Positions 16,780 through 24,195 of a stretch of 32,000 bases of DNA are shown here, piece after piece. Position numbers and translations under genes: made by a program. Origin of the DNA: Candidatus Kuenenia stuttgartensis (lineage in GTDB: Bacteria > Planctomycetota > Brocadiia > Brocadiales > Brocadiaceae); assembly GCF_900232105.1 (NCBI RefSeq), contig NZ_LT934425.1, positions 3,540,001 to 3,572,000 on the forward strand. Reading direction: 5' to 3'. The first letter of the stretch is position 1. Each line of letters starts with the position of its first letter. The notes beneath the pieces were generated by a model. That model was not told the DNA's origin. It was given only the letters and a program-made list of their open reading frames with translations, and did no database searches.

Positions 16780-16894
16780 TACACAATCCACAATCCGCAG
16801 TTTGCCGACTATGCCATATTCTCCATTCTTCTCGTTTCCACATAGTAACGTAGGAACGAGAGGAACTTTCGTGAGATTTAGAGTTCAAAGGTTT

Positions 16895-16936
16895 TCAGCC
16901 ATGAGCCACGAGCCACGAGCCATAAGCCATAAGCAT
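16895..16936. repeat. Tandem heptamer array (6 units)
   Basis: TCAGCCA TGAGCCA CGAGCCA CGAGCCA TAAGCCA TAAGCAT. A second array at 16768-16809 (CACAATT CTTAATA CACAATC CACAATC CGCAGTT TGCCGAC) runs over the stop codon at 16777-16779. Confidence 0.9.
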
Positions 16937-16943
16937 TTTTGTA

Positions 16944-16971
16944 TTGGCATACCATTCATATCGAATATAAT
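16944..16971 (+). promoter_or_regulatory. Candidate sigma70-type promoter for the epimerase gene
   Basis: TTGGCA (16944-16949), 16-nt spacer, TATAAT (16966-16971), 90 nt upstream of the ATG at 17062. Confidence 0.45.
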
Positions 16972-17061
16972 AAAAAGCATGGTGTTTGATAGTCAGGAAG
17001 AGTAATAGTTGTGATGGCGGCGTTTTGCTGTATAAAGTCAAATGATAAAAAGGGGCATATT

Positions 17062-17961
17062 ATGAAAATAGCGGTAACGGGTTTAACAGGTTTTTTGGGG
17101 TATTACCTTGCAAAGCGGTTTTTTGAGAAGGGCATTCAAATCCTGGCACTTGTTAGAAATACAACGAATCTGTTGCATCTTCAGGATTTTCAAAAAAACA
17201 TAACGTATGTGCAGGGGAATTTAGACGATAAAGAAACGCTGAAGAAATTTGTGTATGGCGCGGATATTGTTGTTCATATGGCGTACGAAAGAAATGGGGC
17301 GTCATTTCATGAAGCGGGCAATAAGGATATAAAACGATTTGTGGAAACGAATCTTTTGGGGAGCATAGAGTTGCTTGATGCTGCGAAATGCGAGGGGGTG
17401 AAACAATGCATCTTTATCAGCTCCTGTGCTGTTTATGGATTTATTTATTCACATATCCGTCTTGACGAATTGCACCCCTTGCTGCCGGATTCTAACTATG
17501 GGGCTTACAAGGCGTCTGTGGAGGCATTTTGCCATTCTTATTTTCTTTCAAAACATTTTGGCATAACGATATTCCGGCCTGTCGGCATTTATGGGCTTGC
17601 GCCGCACCTTGCACATTCCGCCTGGTATAATATTGTAAAAGATATTAAGCATGGCCGCGATGTGGAAGTATCCGGCGGGGGAAAAATAGTTTACGTTGAA
17701 GATGTTGTCCGTGCAATTGAATTGGCGGCCGGCAATAAAGATGCTTCGGGAAAGATATATAATCTGATGGACATGTATATTGATAATATGAACGTTGCCC
17801 AAATTGCCAGGGAAATTTGTGGTTCACGGTCAATTATCAGTGGCACGCCAAAAAAATCTATTCATACAATCGACAATACGCAATCAAAGGAACTGGGAGT
17901 TTCTTATCCCGGCATTGAAGGGGTAAAACGATATATTAGGGAGTTAGCGCTTCGTATTTGA
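17062..17961 (+). CDS. NAD-dependent epimerase/dehydratase (extended SDR)
   Basis: MKIAVTGLTGFLGYYL Rossmann motif at the N-terminus, catalytic YGAYK. AAAAGGGG upstream of ATG 17062. The track start at 17011 adds an unlikely 17-aa leader. Confidence 0.85.
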   Translation: MKIAVTGLTGFLGYYLAKRFFEKGIQILALVRNTTNLLHLQDFQKNITYVQGNLDDKETLKKFVYGADIVVHMAYERNGASFHEAGNKDIKRFVETNLLGSIELLDAAKCEGVKQCIFISSCAVYGFIYSHIRLDELHPLLPDSNYGAYKASVEAFCHSYFLSKHFGITIFRPVGIYGLAPHLAHSAWYNIVKDIKHGRDVEVSGGGKIVYVEDVVRAIELAAGNKDASGKIYNLMDMYIDNMNVAQIAREICGSRSIISGTPKKSIHTIDNTQSKELGVSYPGIEGVKRYIRELALRI

Positions 17962-17980
17962 AAATTAATATTCAATATTC

Positions 17981-18238
17981 GTAACTATTCAGCGTAAACG
18001 ATACACGGCTCGTTCCCAAACCCCAGTTTGGGAACGCATTTGTTCGAGAAACTCCGGTTTCTCGCCTGTTTGCTGATAGATAGGGAATAAAATCACAGGG
18101 TTAAGACAGTTTGTAATTTGTCAAGTCAGACCCTCACTGGAAACAAAGTTTCCAGTGCAATTGCGTTCCCAAACTGGGGTTTGGGAACGAGTTGCGCTCT
18201 GATCTCCGGTAGTTTAATAAATTACGTTGAATAGTTAC
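17981..18238. mobile_element. MITE-like palindromic element, family B (258 bp)
   Basis: Terminal inverted repeats GTAACTATTCAGCGTAA (17981-) and TTACGTTGAATAGTTAC (-18238). Perfect 8-bp direct repeat CAATATTC on both flanks (17973-17980, 18239-18246). Internal mirrored hairpins at 18011-18036, 18045-18064, 18135-18157 and 18164-18189. Confidence 0.65.
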
Positions 18239-18308
18239 CAATATTCAATGTAAAAGAATAAAGGCAAATGATCAACAATTTGAGAATTGAATATTGAATA
18301 TTTTTCTT

Positions 18309-18340
18309 ACTTAATGACTTAATGACTTAATGACTTAATG
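18309..18340. repeat. Tandem octamer ACTTAATG x4 overlapping the start codon of the next gene
   Basis: ACTTAATG at 18309, 18317, 18325 and 18333. The ATG of the last unit (18338) is the start of the MidA-like ORF. Confidence 0.9.
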
Positions 18341-19471
18341 ACTATCCTCAGTGACTTAATCATCGAACGTATAAAAAATAAGGGGAACATTACATTTGCT
18401 GAATTTATGCAGATGGCATTGTATTATCCGGAATACGGTTATTACAACTCGAATGCTGTGTCAATTGGCAAATCAGGGGATTTTTATACAAGCCCCGCTG
18501 TTCACCGGATGTTTGGAGAACTTATCGCAGTCCAATTGGAAGAGATGTGGAGGATATTGGGGCGTGCTTCATTTACTGTTGTGGAAATGGGAGCGAATGC
18601 CGGTTGGTTATGTTATGATATTATGCGTTATATAAAAAATGAGTATCCCTGGTTTTATAAAAAAGTACAGTACTTTATTGTTGAATCGAATCCCCATCTT
18701 CGGGAAAAGCAGCAGGAACTTTTTTGCGGCAATCCTGTTTTTGACGAAAAACTTTCATGGCACTCATATGGAGAGGATGGGTTTTCATTTGACGCTGTTC
18801 AGGGCTGTTTTTTGTCAAACGAATTTATCGATGCACTGCCTGTACACCGGTTATTAGTAAAAGAAGGTGAAGTAAAAGAGATATATGTTGGGTACAATGG
18901 CAACGATTTTTATGAAATTGTTGGTGATGTTTGTAATCACGCATTAAAAGACTATTGCATCAATGCTGAAATGCCTTTAAGAGAGAGCCGGGTGCTTGAA
19001 ATAAACCTGGCCGCCCGTGATTATCTGAATCACGTTGCACAGAAATTAAACTGCGGTTTTGTGCTAACGATTGATTATGGAGACACCGCGCAGCGGCGTT
19101 ATCGGGACAACACAACGGGAGGTACATTGAGGTGTTATTACCGGCACAACGTTAACCATGATTATTATGAACGACTGGGAGAACAGGATATTACCGCGTC
19201 TGTTGACTTTTCTTTCCTGATGGACGTTGGGAAGGGGGCGGGGCTGGAGGTGACGGGATTGGTCAAACAATCCCATTATTTAATTGCTTTGGGGGTACTG
19301 GAGAAGTTAAATAACATTAGGAACAATCTTGAAACTGTATTGAAAGTAAAGAACCTCTTCCTGCCTGAAGGCATGGGAGAGGTTTTTAAGGCGCTGATTC
19401 AGCACAGGAATGTGAAAAATCCATGCCTGTCCAGCCTGAAACCTTTAAGTTCGTTAAAACCCGGAACATAA
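18338..19471 (+). CDS. SAM-dependent methyltransferase, MidA/NDUFAF7 (DUF185) family
   Basis: 377 aa. FAEFMQMALYYPEYGYY, KSGDFYTSPAVHRMFGELIA, VVEMGANAGWL, SNEFIDALPVH, TIDYG: the characteristic order of MidA-family motifs. Confidence 0.85.
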   Translation: MTILSDLIIERIKNKGNITFAEFMQMALYYPEYGYYNSNAVSIGKSGDFYTSPAVHRMFGELIAVQLEEMWRILGRASFTVVEMGANAGWLCYDIMRYIKNEYPWFYKKVQYFIVESNPHLREKQQELFCGNPVFDEKLSWHSYGEDGFSFDAVQGCFLSNEFIDALPVHRLLVKEGEVKEIYVGYNGNDFYEIVGDVCNHALKDYCINAEMPLRESRVLEINLAARDYLNHVAQKLNCGFVLTIDYGDTAQRRYRDNTTGGTLRCYYRHNVNHDYYERLGEQDITASVDFSFLMDVGKGAGLEVTGLVKQSHYLIALGVLEKLNNIRNNLETVLKVKNLFLPEGMGEVFKALIQHRNVKNPCLSSLKPLSSLKPGT

Positions 19472-19482
19472 TGCGCTTTAAT

Positions 19483-19697
19483 CGCGAAACGCGAAACACA
19501 AAAGAGGAACCACAGATTTCACAGATTGCACAGATTAAAAAAAGGAAGAGGAACCACAGATTTCACAGACTTCGTCGTGAGCGCAGTCGAACAATTGCAC
19601 AGATTAAAAAATCGTCACAAGCTTACAATTGTCTCTTCTTCCACCGGTAATCTACCGTCGACAGTCGGCGGTTGACCAATGACTAATGACCAATTTC
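19483..19697. repeat. 215-bp heptamer-phased repeat region with an internal 41-bp duplication
   Basis: CGCGAAA x2 at 19483-19496. AAGAGGAACCACAGATTTCACAGA+TTGCACAGATTAAAAAA at 19502-19542 is repeated at 19546-19611 with a 25-bp insert (19570-19594). The region ends with TCGACAGTCGGCGG TTGACCA ATGACTA ATGACCA. Confidence 0.85.
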
Positions 19698-19720
19698 ATT
19701 AAAACAGAAAGGAGTAATTT

Positions 19721-19966
19721 GTGGAGAGCAAACAACCATTGGAAGTGGGATTGATTATGAATATCCTGACTGAGGCGATAAAAAGAGAAGAGGAATCATA
19801 TGAATATTATTATAATGCTTCATTAAAAGCAACAAAACCTGCGACAAAAAAATTGCTGCTTGAACTTGCAGAATGGGAGAAATCACATATTGAAGAACTA
19901 CAACATCATGTGGCGGAACTGAAGGCGCAGAAGGAAATAGACAGGGCAATTACCGGCGGTATATAA
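19721..19966 (+). CDS. Small rubrerythrin/ferritin-like domain protein
   Basis: 81 aa. GTG start 6 nt after AAAGGAG. Half-ferritin pattern AIKREEESYEYYYNASLKA....KKLLLELAEWEKSHIEEL (E...ExxH). Confidence 0.55.
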   Translation: MESKQPLEVGLIMNILTEAIKREEESYEYYYNASLKATKPATKKLLLELAEWEKSHIEELQHHVAELKAQKEIDRAITGGI

Positions 19967-22025
19967 CCCCCTTTCCGGAAAGATTTCAACAAAATCCTTA
20001 TTTTAAGCGGGTTTCCACAAATTCAAAATAATATGTAGTCGCAGAATAAATGGCCTATTTATTAATACAAATCCTTTATAACCCTATAAATACTGACTTG
20101 ACAAAATATTTTATTAATGATAGTGTAGTCAAAGAATATTGGGACTACATTATGCACCTTACTTATAGCGATTCTAAATACAAAGGGAAAACCTATAAAT
20201 CTTACTCTATTGCCGAATCCTACAGGGATGGCAAAAAGGTCAGAAAAAGAATACTTTGGCCCATCGGGAAACTTTCCGATATTCAAGCCGAGCAAATCAA
20301 ACTGATATGTAAAACAGTTGAAAACACAGATCAATTGCAGACTCAGCTCAAAGACGTTGCAGTCCTGGAAAGCAGGGCATATCTCGATATAGCCGTTGTT
20401 AATGAGTTGTGGAACCAGTGGCAGCTTGATCAGGCTTTTGACTACGATGTCACTGCAGGCGCCCTTCCTACCAATATGATTGCAAAGATACTGACTATTA
20501 ACAGGTGCACCGATCCGTGTTCTCATTATTCCATTCCTCATTGGGCGAAAAAGAGCGCGCTGGAGGACATTCTTAAAATTGATCTTTCAGGCCTAAATGA
20601 CGATAAAATCTATTATGAATTAGATAAAATACACAAAAACAAAATATCTATAGAGAACCACCTTTTTAACCAAACCTTCTGGAAACGTCCGGAATCCTAT
20701 AAATTTATCAACTACGACCTAACTACTTCCTACTTTGTGGGATATAACTGTGATCTATCGGCATTTGGCAAGGGCAAAATAGAGTGTCATGGCAGGCGGC
20801 AGGTCTTACTGGGTGTTCTTATCAACTCTGAGGGATATCCTTTCAAATGGGATGTATTCCCCGGGAACACCGCTGAGGTAAAAACCCTCAAACAGAATAT
20901 CAATGCCTGTAAAACCAGATTCAAATTGACTGATAAAAACGTCACCCTTGTATTTGACAGAGGCATAATCTCTGAGGACAATGCCAATTTGATAGAAGAA
21001 GCCAAACTCAAATACATCTCGGCATTGGATAGAAATCAGATACCCTCTTGCGGTGTCAGTTTAAAGTCTCTTAATGGGTTATCCATAGAAGATAAGGACG
21101 CCTCCGATATACCTATCCCGCAAGGGTTTTTAAACTATGATGATGAATTATACTACCATGACAATGGCGTCATAGGAAACAAGCGTTTTATTACCGGTTT
21201 TAATCCCACTTTATTTATAGAAGACCGCAATAATAGAGACGAGAAAATAACCTTTTTTAAGGATTATCTCAAAGAAGAGAATAAAAACCTTAAAAATGCC
21301 CAAAGAGACCGGCAATATGACGCAACAAAGAGCCGCATTGTAGATGAGCTGAAAAGGTTAAAGATTCATAAATATTTCGAAGACCCTGTTCTGACGTCCA
21401 TCACCGTTACCCATAGACTGAAAAACGGGCAGGTCAAATCCGTCAAAAGTTTCAAAATAGAAATCAAGCTGTTAACTGATGTTATAGCCGCAGATAGATT
21501 GTTGGATGGCGTATGTGTTTTTATCACTAACCATACAGAACGGGAAGATGGAGGTGCGTTTAAAGCAAAACCCCAATCTATAGTTAGAGCCTATCGGGAC
21601 AAGACAAAAATAGAAGATGTCTTTAAAAATGTAAAATCGTTCTTAAAAATCAGGCCCTTCTTTGTCAATACCGAGGCACATGTTAAAGCCGTCTATACTA
21701 TCTGCATCCTGGCATATTTTATAAACCGTTATCTATCAAACCAACGAAAGGCAATAGGAGAAAAAGATTTTTTAAACTCAAAGGAACTCTATGCGCCGTT
21801 CAAAGATATAGATATCGCCACTCTTGAGGCTAAAAATACCGGTGAAACCTTAAAGAAAGCCGTGAAACTTCCCGCCGTCACACAAATGCTATTGGAAAAA
21901 CTTGGAATGTCCAATGTTGTTTTCGGCCAGTAATTAAAAGACTTCCAAAAGACATGTAGTCGCAGAATCAATGTTTATAAGTGTTTGCCAAATTTGACTT
22001 TAGTAATTTCTTTCCGGAACATGGG
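19967..22025 (+). mobile_element. Complete IS element, IS1634 family (IS4 superfamily), 2,059 bp
   Basis: Terminal inverted repeats CCCCCTTTCCGGAAAGA (19967-19983) and, as reverse complement of 22009-22025, CCCATGTTCCGGAAAGA (14/17). Flanked by the 6-bp direct repeat ATATAA (19961-19966 and 22026-22031). Contains a single long DDE transposase ORF. Confidence 0.8.
20050..21933 (+). CDS. IS1634-family DDE transposase
   Basis: 627 aa. N-terminus KGKTYKSYSIAESYRDGKKVRKRILWPIGKL is typical of IS1634-type transposases. VTLVFDRGIISEDN (second Asp). YRDKTKIEDVFKNVKSFLKIRP (Y-R-E-K signature region). Confidence 0.9.
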   Translation: MAYLLIQILYNPINTDLTKYFINDSVVKEYWDYIMHLTYSDSKYKGKTYKSYSIAESYRDGKKVRKRILWPIGKLSDIQAEQIKLICKTVENTDQLQTQLKDVAVLESRAYLDIAVVNELWNQWQLDQAFDYDVTAGALPTNMIAKILTINRCTDPCSHYSIPHWAKKSALEDILKIDLSGLNDDKIYYELDKIHKNKISIENHLFNQTFWKRPESYKFINYDLTTSYFVGYNCDLSAFGKGKIECHGRRQVLLGVLINSEGYPFKWDVFPGNTAEVKTLKQNINACKTRFKLTDKNVTLVFDRGIISEDNANLIEEAKLKYISALDRNQIPSCGVSLKSLNGLSIEDKDASDIPIPQGFLNYDDELYYHDNGVIGNKRFITGFNPTLFIEDRNNRDEKITFFKDYLKEENKNLKNAQRDRQYDATKSRIVDELKRLKIHKYFEDPVLTSITVTHRLKNGQVKSVKSFKIEIKLLTDVIAADRLLDGVCVFITNHTEREDGGAFKAKPQSIVRAYRDKTKIEDVFKNVKSFLKIRPFFVNTEAHVKAVYTICILAYFINRYLSNQRKAIGEKDFLNSKELYAPFKDIDIATLEAKNTGETLKKAVKLPAVTQMLLEKLGMSNVVFGQ

Positions 22026-22059
22026 ATATAAGGGACCTGCAATTTTTATTATACCGTAG

Positions 22060-22094
22060 CAGACGACAGTCGGCAAGTTGCAGACTGTGGACTG
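22060..22094. repeat. Tandem heptamer array (5 units), CAGTCGG/CAGACTG type
   Basis: CAGACGA CAGTCGG CAAGTTG CAGACTG TGGACTG. Same sequence family as 11379-11427 and 23376-23424. Confidence 0.85.
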
Positions 22095-22182
22095 AACGAA
22101 TTCTAGTATAACGTTTCATTAAAATATCTACATTGATACCGTCATTTTTTTACGTACACATTTTAACGAGACGATGTACTAG

Positions 22183-22238
22183 CATTAAATATTTTGTTAA
22201 AAAGCACGCACTGACGAATGGAAGTGTGCAAAGAAATT
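22183..22238. repeat. Left arm of the 56-bp inverted repeat bracketing the E1 alpha gene
   Basis: CATTAAATATTTTGTTAAAAAGCACGCACTGACGAATGGAAGTGTGCAAAGAAATT matches the reverse complement of 23296-23351 at 52/56 positions. Confidence 0.9.
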
Positions 22239-22294
22239 GTTGACATGTTATTTCACAAGAATCTTCATTTTTATCATATAAAGCAGAGGCATAT

Positions 22295-23272
22295 ATGGAA
22301 ATAAAAAAAGACGATCTATTGCAGATGTATTATTACCTTAAATTAACGAGGAGGCTGGAGGATCGTGTAACCTCTCTCTACCATCAGGGGAAAATTATGG
22401 GAGGGGCATGGACGAGCAACGGTACAGAGGCGGTGTCTGTTGGATACGGATATGCGCTTGAAAAGGATGATATTGCCGCCCCTTATTTCAGGGACATGGG
22501 AGTATTCCTGATACGGGGTATTTCTGCAAAACGCATTATTGCGCAGTATTTCGGGAAAAAGACTGGCGTTACCGGCGGAAAAGAAGGCAATGTGCATATA
22601 GGTGATATGAAGTATGGCGTTGTCGGATTCCCAAGCCATTTGGCAGATAATTACCCCGTAGGCGCCGGTGTAGCCCTTGCCTTTAAAATACGCGGAGAGA
22701 AGAAGGTTGTGGCTGCGTGTACCGGTGATGGGGGCACAAGCCGCGGTGATTTTCACGAGGGGATGAATTTTGCTTCTGTGAGAAAATTGCCCATTGTTTT
22801 CTTCTGTAATAATAATCAGTACGCATATTCGACGCCGCTGCGGTTGCAAATGAATATCAAAGACGTCGCAGAACGTGCTGCCGCATACGGCATGCCCGGC
22901 AAAATTGTGGATGGCAACAATGTTGTTGAGGTTTACATGGCTGCAAAGGAGGCATATGAAGTTGCGAGGAATGGAGGAGGCCCTACGTTTATAGAGTGTA
23001 AAACCATGCGGATGCATGGTCATTCGGAACATGACAGTGCCAAATATGTGCCAAGGGAATTGCTGGAAGAGTGGAAGAAGAAGGACCCTATCACAAATAT
23101 GGAAAGGTATTTGACGGAAAAGAATATAGCAGGTAAAGAGGAACTTGACGGCATTGACTCCAGGGTAAAAAAGGAAATAGATGAAGCGGAGGCATTTGCA
23201 GAAGAGAGCCCGTATCCCGACCCCGCTGACGGCCTGAAAGGTGTTTATGCGACATCGGTAGAAACAAGATAG
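22295..23272 (+). CDS. 2-oxoacid dehydrogenase E1 component, alpha subunit (TPP-dependent; pyruvate / branched-chain / acetoin type not resolved)
   Basis: 325 aa. TPP-binding motif CTGDGGTSRGDFHEGMNFASV...FFCNNNQYAYSTP. AGAGG Shine-Dalgarno upstream. Confidence 0.9.
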   Translation: MEIKKDDLLQMYYYLKLTRRLEDRVTSLYHQGKIMGGAWTSNGTEAVSVGYGYALEKDDIAAPYFRDMGVFLIRGISAKRIIAQYFGKKTGVTGGKEGNVHIGDMKYGVVGFPSHLADNYPVGAGVALAFKIRGEKKVVAACTGDGGTSRGDFHEGMNFASVRKLPIVFFCNNNQYAYSTPLRLQMNIKDVAERAAAYGMPGKIVDGNNVVEVYMAAKEAYEVARNGGGPTFIECKTMRMHGHSEHDSAKYVPRELLEEWKKKDPITNMERYLTEKNIAGKEELDGIDSRVKKEIDEAEAFAEESPYPDPADGLKGVYATSVETR

Positions 23273-23295
23273 GAATGGTCTTAGTACTTATTAGT

Positions 23296-23351
23296 AATTT
23301 CTTCGCACACTTCCATTCGTCAGTGCGTGCTTTTTGGCAAAAGATTTAATG
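23296..23351. repeat. Right arm of the 56-bp inverted repeat bracketing the E1 alpha gene
   Basis: AATTTCTTCGCACACTTCCATTCGTCAGTGCGTGCTTTTTGGCAAAAGATTTAATG, starting 23 nt after the E1 alpha stop. Confidence 0.9.
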
Positions 23352-23361
23352 GTCTCTTATG

Positions 23362-23424
23362 CAGTTGGCAGTCGACACTCTACAGTCGGCAGTCGGCAAA
23401 TTGAAGATTGCAGACTGAGGACTG
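23362..23424. repeat. Tandem heptamer array (9 units), CAGTCGG/CAGACTG type
   Basis: CAGTTGG CAGTCGA CACTCTA CAGTCGG CAGTCGG CAAATTG AAGATTG CAGACTG AGGACTG. Confidence 0.9.
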
Positions 23425-23491
23425 TTTTCGTTTTTTTTAGTTCTGGCTATACCGGCTTAGGATGCTGTATTAAATTTTTGGAAACTGAGAA

Positions 23492-24133
23492 ATGTATAAT
23501 ATAAAATTTTCAGAGGTTACAGAACGGCTGAAGGAAGTGCTGAATACCAAATCGGAAGATGATTTGGCAAGAAGCCTTGAAATAACAGCACAGGCATTTC
23601 TTTCCTTCAAAAAACAAAATGAAATCCCCTCCGAATTGCTCGTCCGTTTTTGCCTCTTAAACCAGGTATCCATTGACTGGCTTATTAAAGGAGAGCAGGA
23701 AAAAACGAGTGATTATGTGAGTATCCCTATATATAACGCCAAAATATTTTCGGAGGAAAAGGCAAAAGAACCGGAACATGCTGCGGGATTTATGGCGTTT
23801 AAAAACGATTGGTTAATGTCTGAATTCGGTGCGAATAAAGCGAAGCTTTATTTATTTCATGTAAAAGATGATTCCATGGAACCTACGTTAAAAAACGGTG
23901 ATGTTGTCATCGTTGACAAAAAAAATAATGTGCTGGACCGGGATGGATTGTATCTCTTGCGTACCGAAGGTGCGGCAGCGTTCATTAAACGAGTGCAGCG
24001 CCTTCCAGGCGGTAGTCTTCATCTGCTGTGCGACAATGCTACCTATAAACCCATTGAAGCAAAAACGGCTCAGATAGAGAATGGTGATATTGTGATTGTC
24101 GGCAGGGTTGTGTGGTCAGGCAAGCGGTTATGA
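23492..24133 (+). CDS. Phage-CI-type HTH repressor fused to an S24 (LexA/CI) self-cleaving peptidase domain
   Basis: 213 aa. The N-terminus RLKEVLNTKSEDDLARSLEITAQAFLSFKKQNEIPSELLVRFCLLNQVSIDWLIKGE resembles the CI-repressor HTH family. The C-terminus has the nucleophile motif DDSMEPTL and the general-base Lys in FIKRVQ. Confidence 0.85.
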   Translation: MYNIKFSEVTERLKEVLNTKSEDDLARSLEITAQAFLSFKKQNEIPSELLVRFCLLNQVSIDWLIKGEQEKTSDYVSIPIYNAKIFSEEKAKEPEHAAGFMAFKNDWLMSEFGANKAKLYLFHVKDDSMEPTLKNGDVVIVDKKNNVLDRDGLYLLRTEGAAAFIKRVQRLPGGSLHLLCDNATYKPIEAKTAQIENGDIVIVGRVVWSGKRL

Positions 24134-24195
24134 CGTGTAGCTTGCAGGAAGAAAAAATGAATCTATGAATCTATAGCAAGTAGAAGTCAGAAGTC

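Noticed and set aside
16730-17005. 91-aa + strand ORF between the TehA-like and epimerase genes
   Set aside because: It is a translation of two heptamer arrays and a repeat hairpin (16768-16936). It overlaps the 3' end of the preceding gene in another frame.
19423-19650. 75-aa Arg/Lys-rich ORF (..RKRNHRFHRLRRERS..)
   Set aside because: It is a direct read-through of the heptamer / 41-bp repeat region and overlaps the MidA gene's 3' end.
20033-21973. The 20-bp direct repeats ATGTAGTCGCAGAAT(A/C)AATG as the IS boundaries
   Set aside because: They are direct rather than inverted, and the left copy contains the transposase start codon. True inverted termini with a 6-bp target duplication are found further out (19967 and 22025). 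The repeats are kept only as an internal feature of the IS.
22240-22268. TTGACA at 22240-22245 as the promoter of E1 alpha
   Set aside because: No acceptable -10 hexamer lies at 16-19 nt (CTTCAT/TTCATT). It is not reported as a feature.
23492-24133. Calling the S24 protein the SOS repressor LexA and linking it to uvrA in this window
   Set aside because: The N-terminal domain resembles the phage-CI HTH family, not the LexA winged helix. I could not find a LexA-box-like palindrome upstream of uvrA or of the gene itself.
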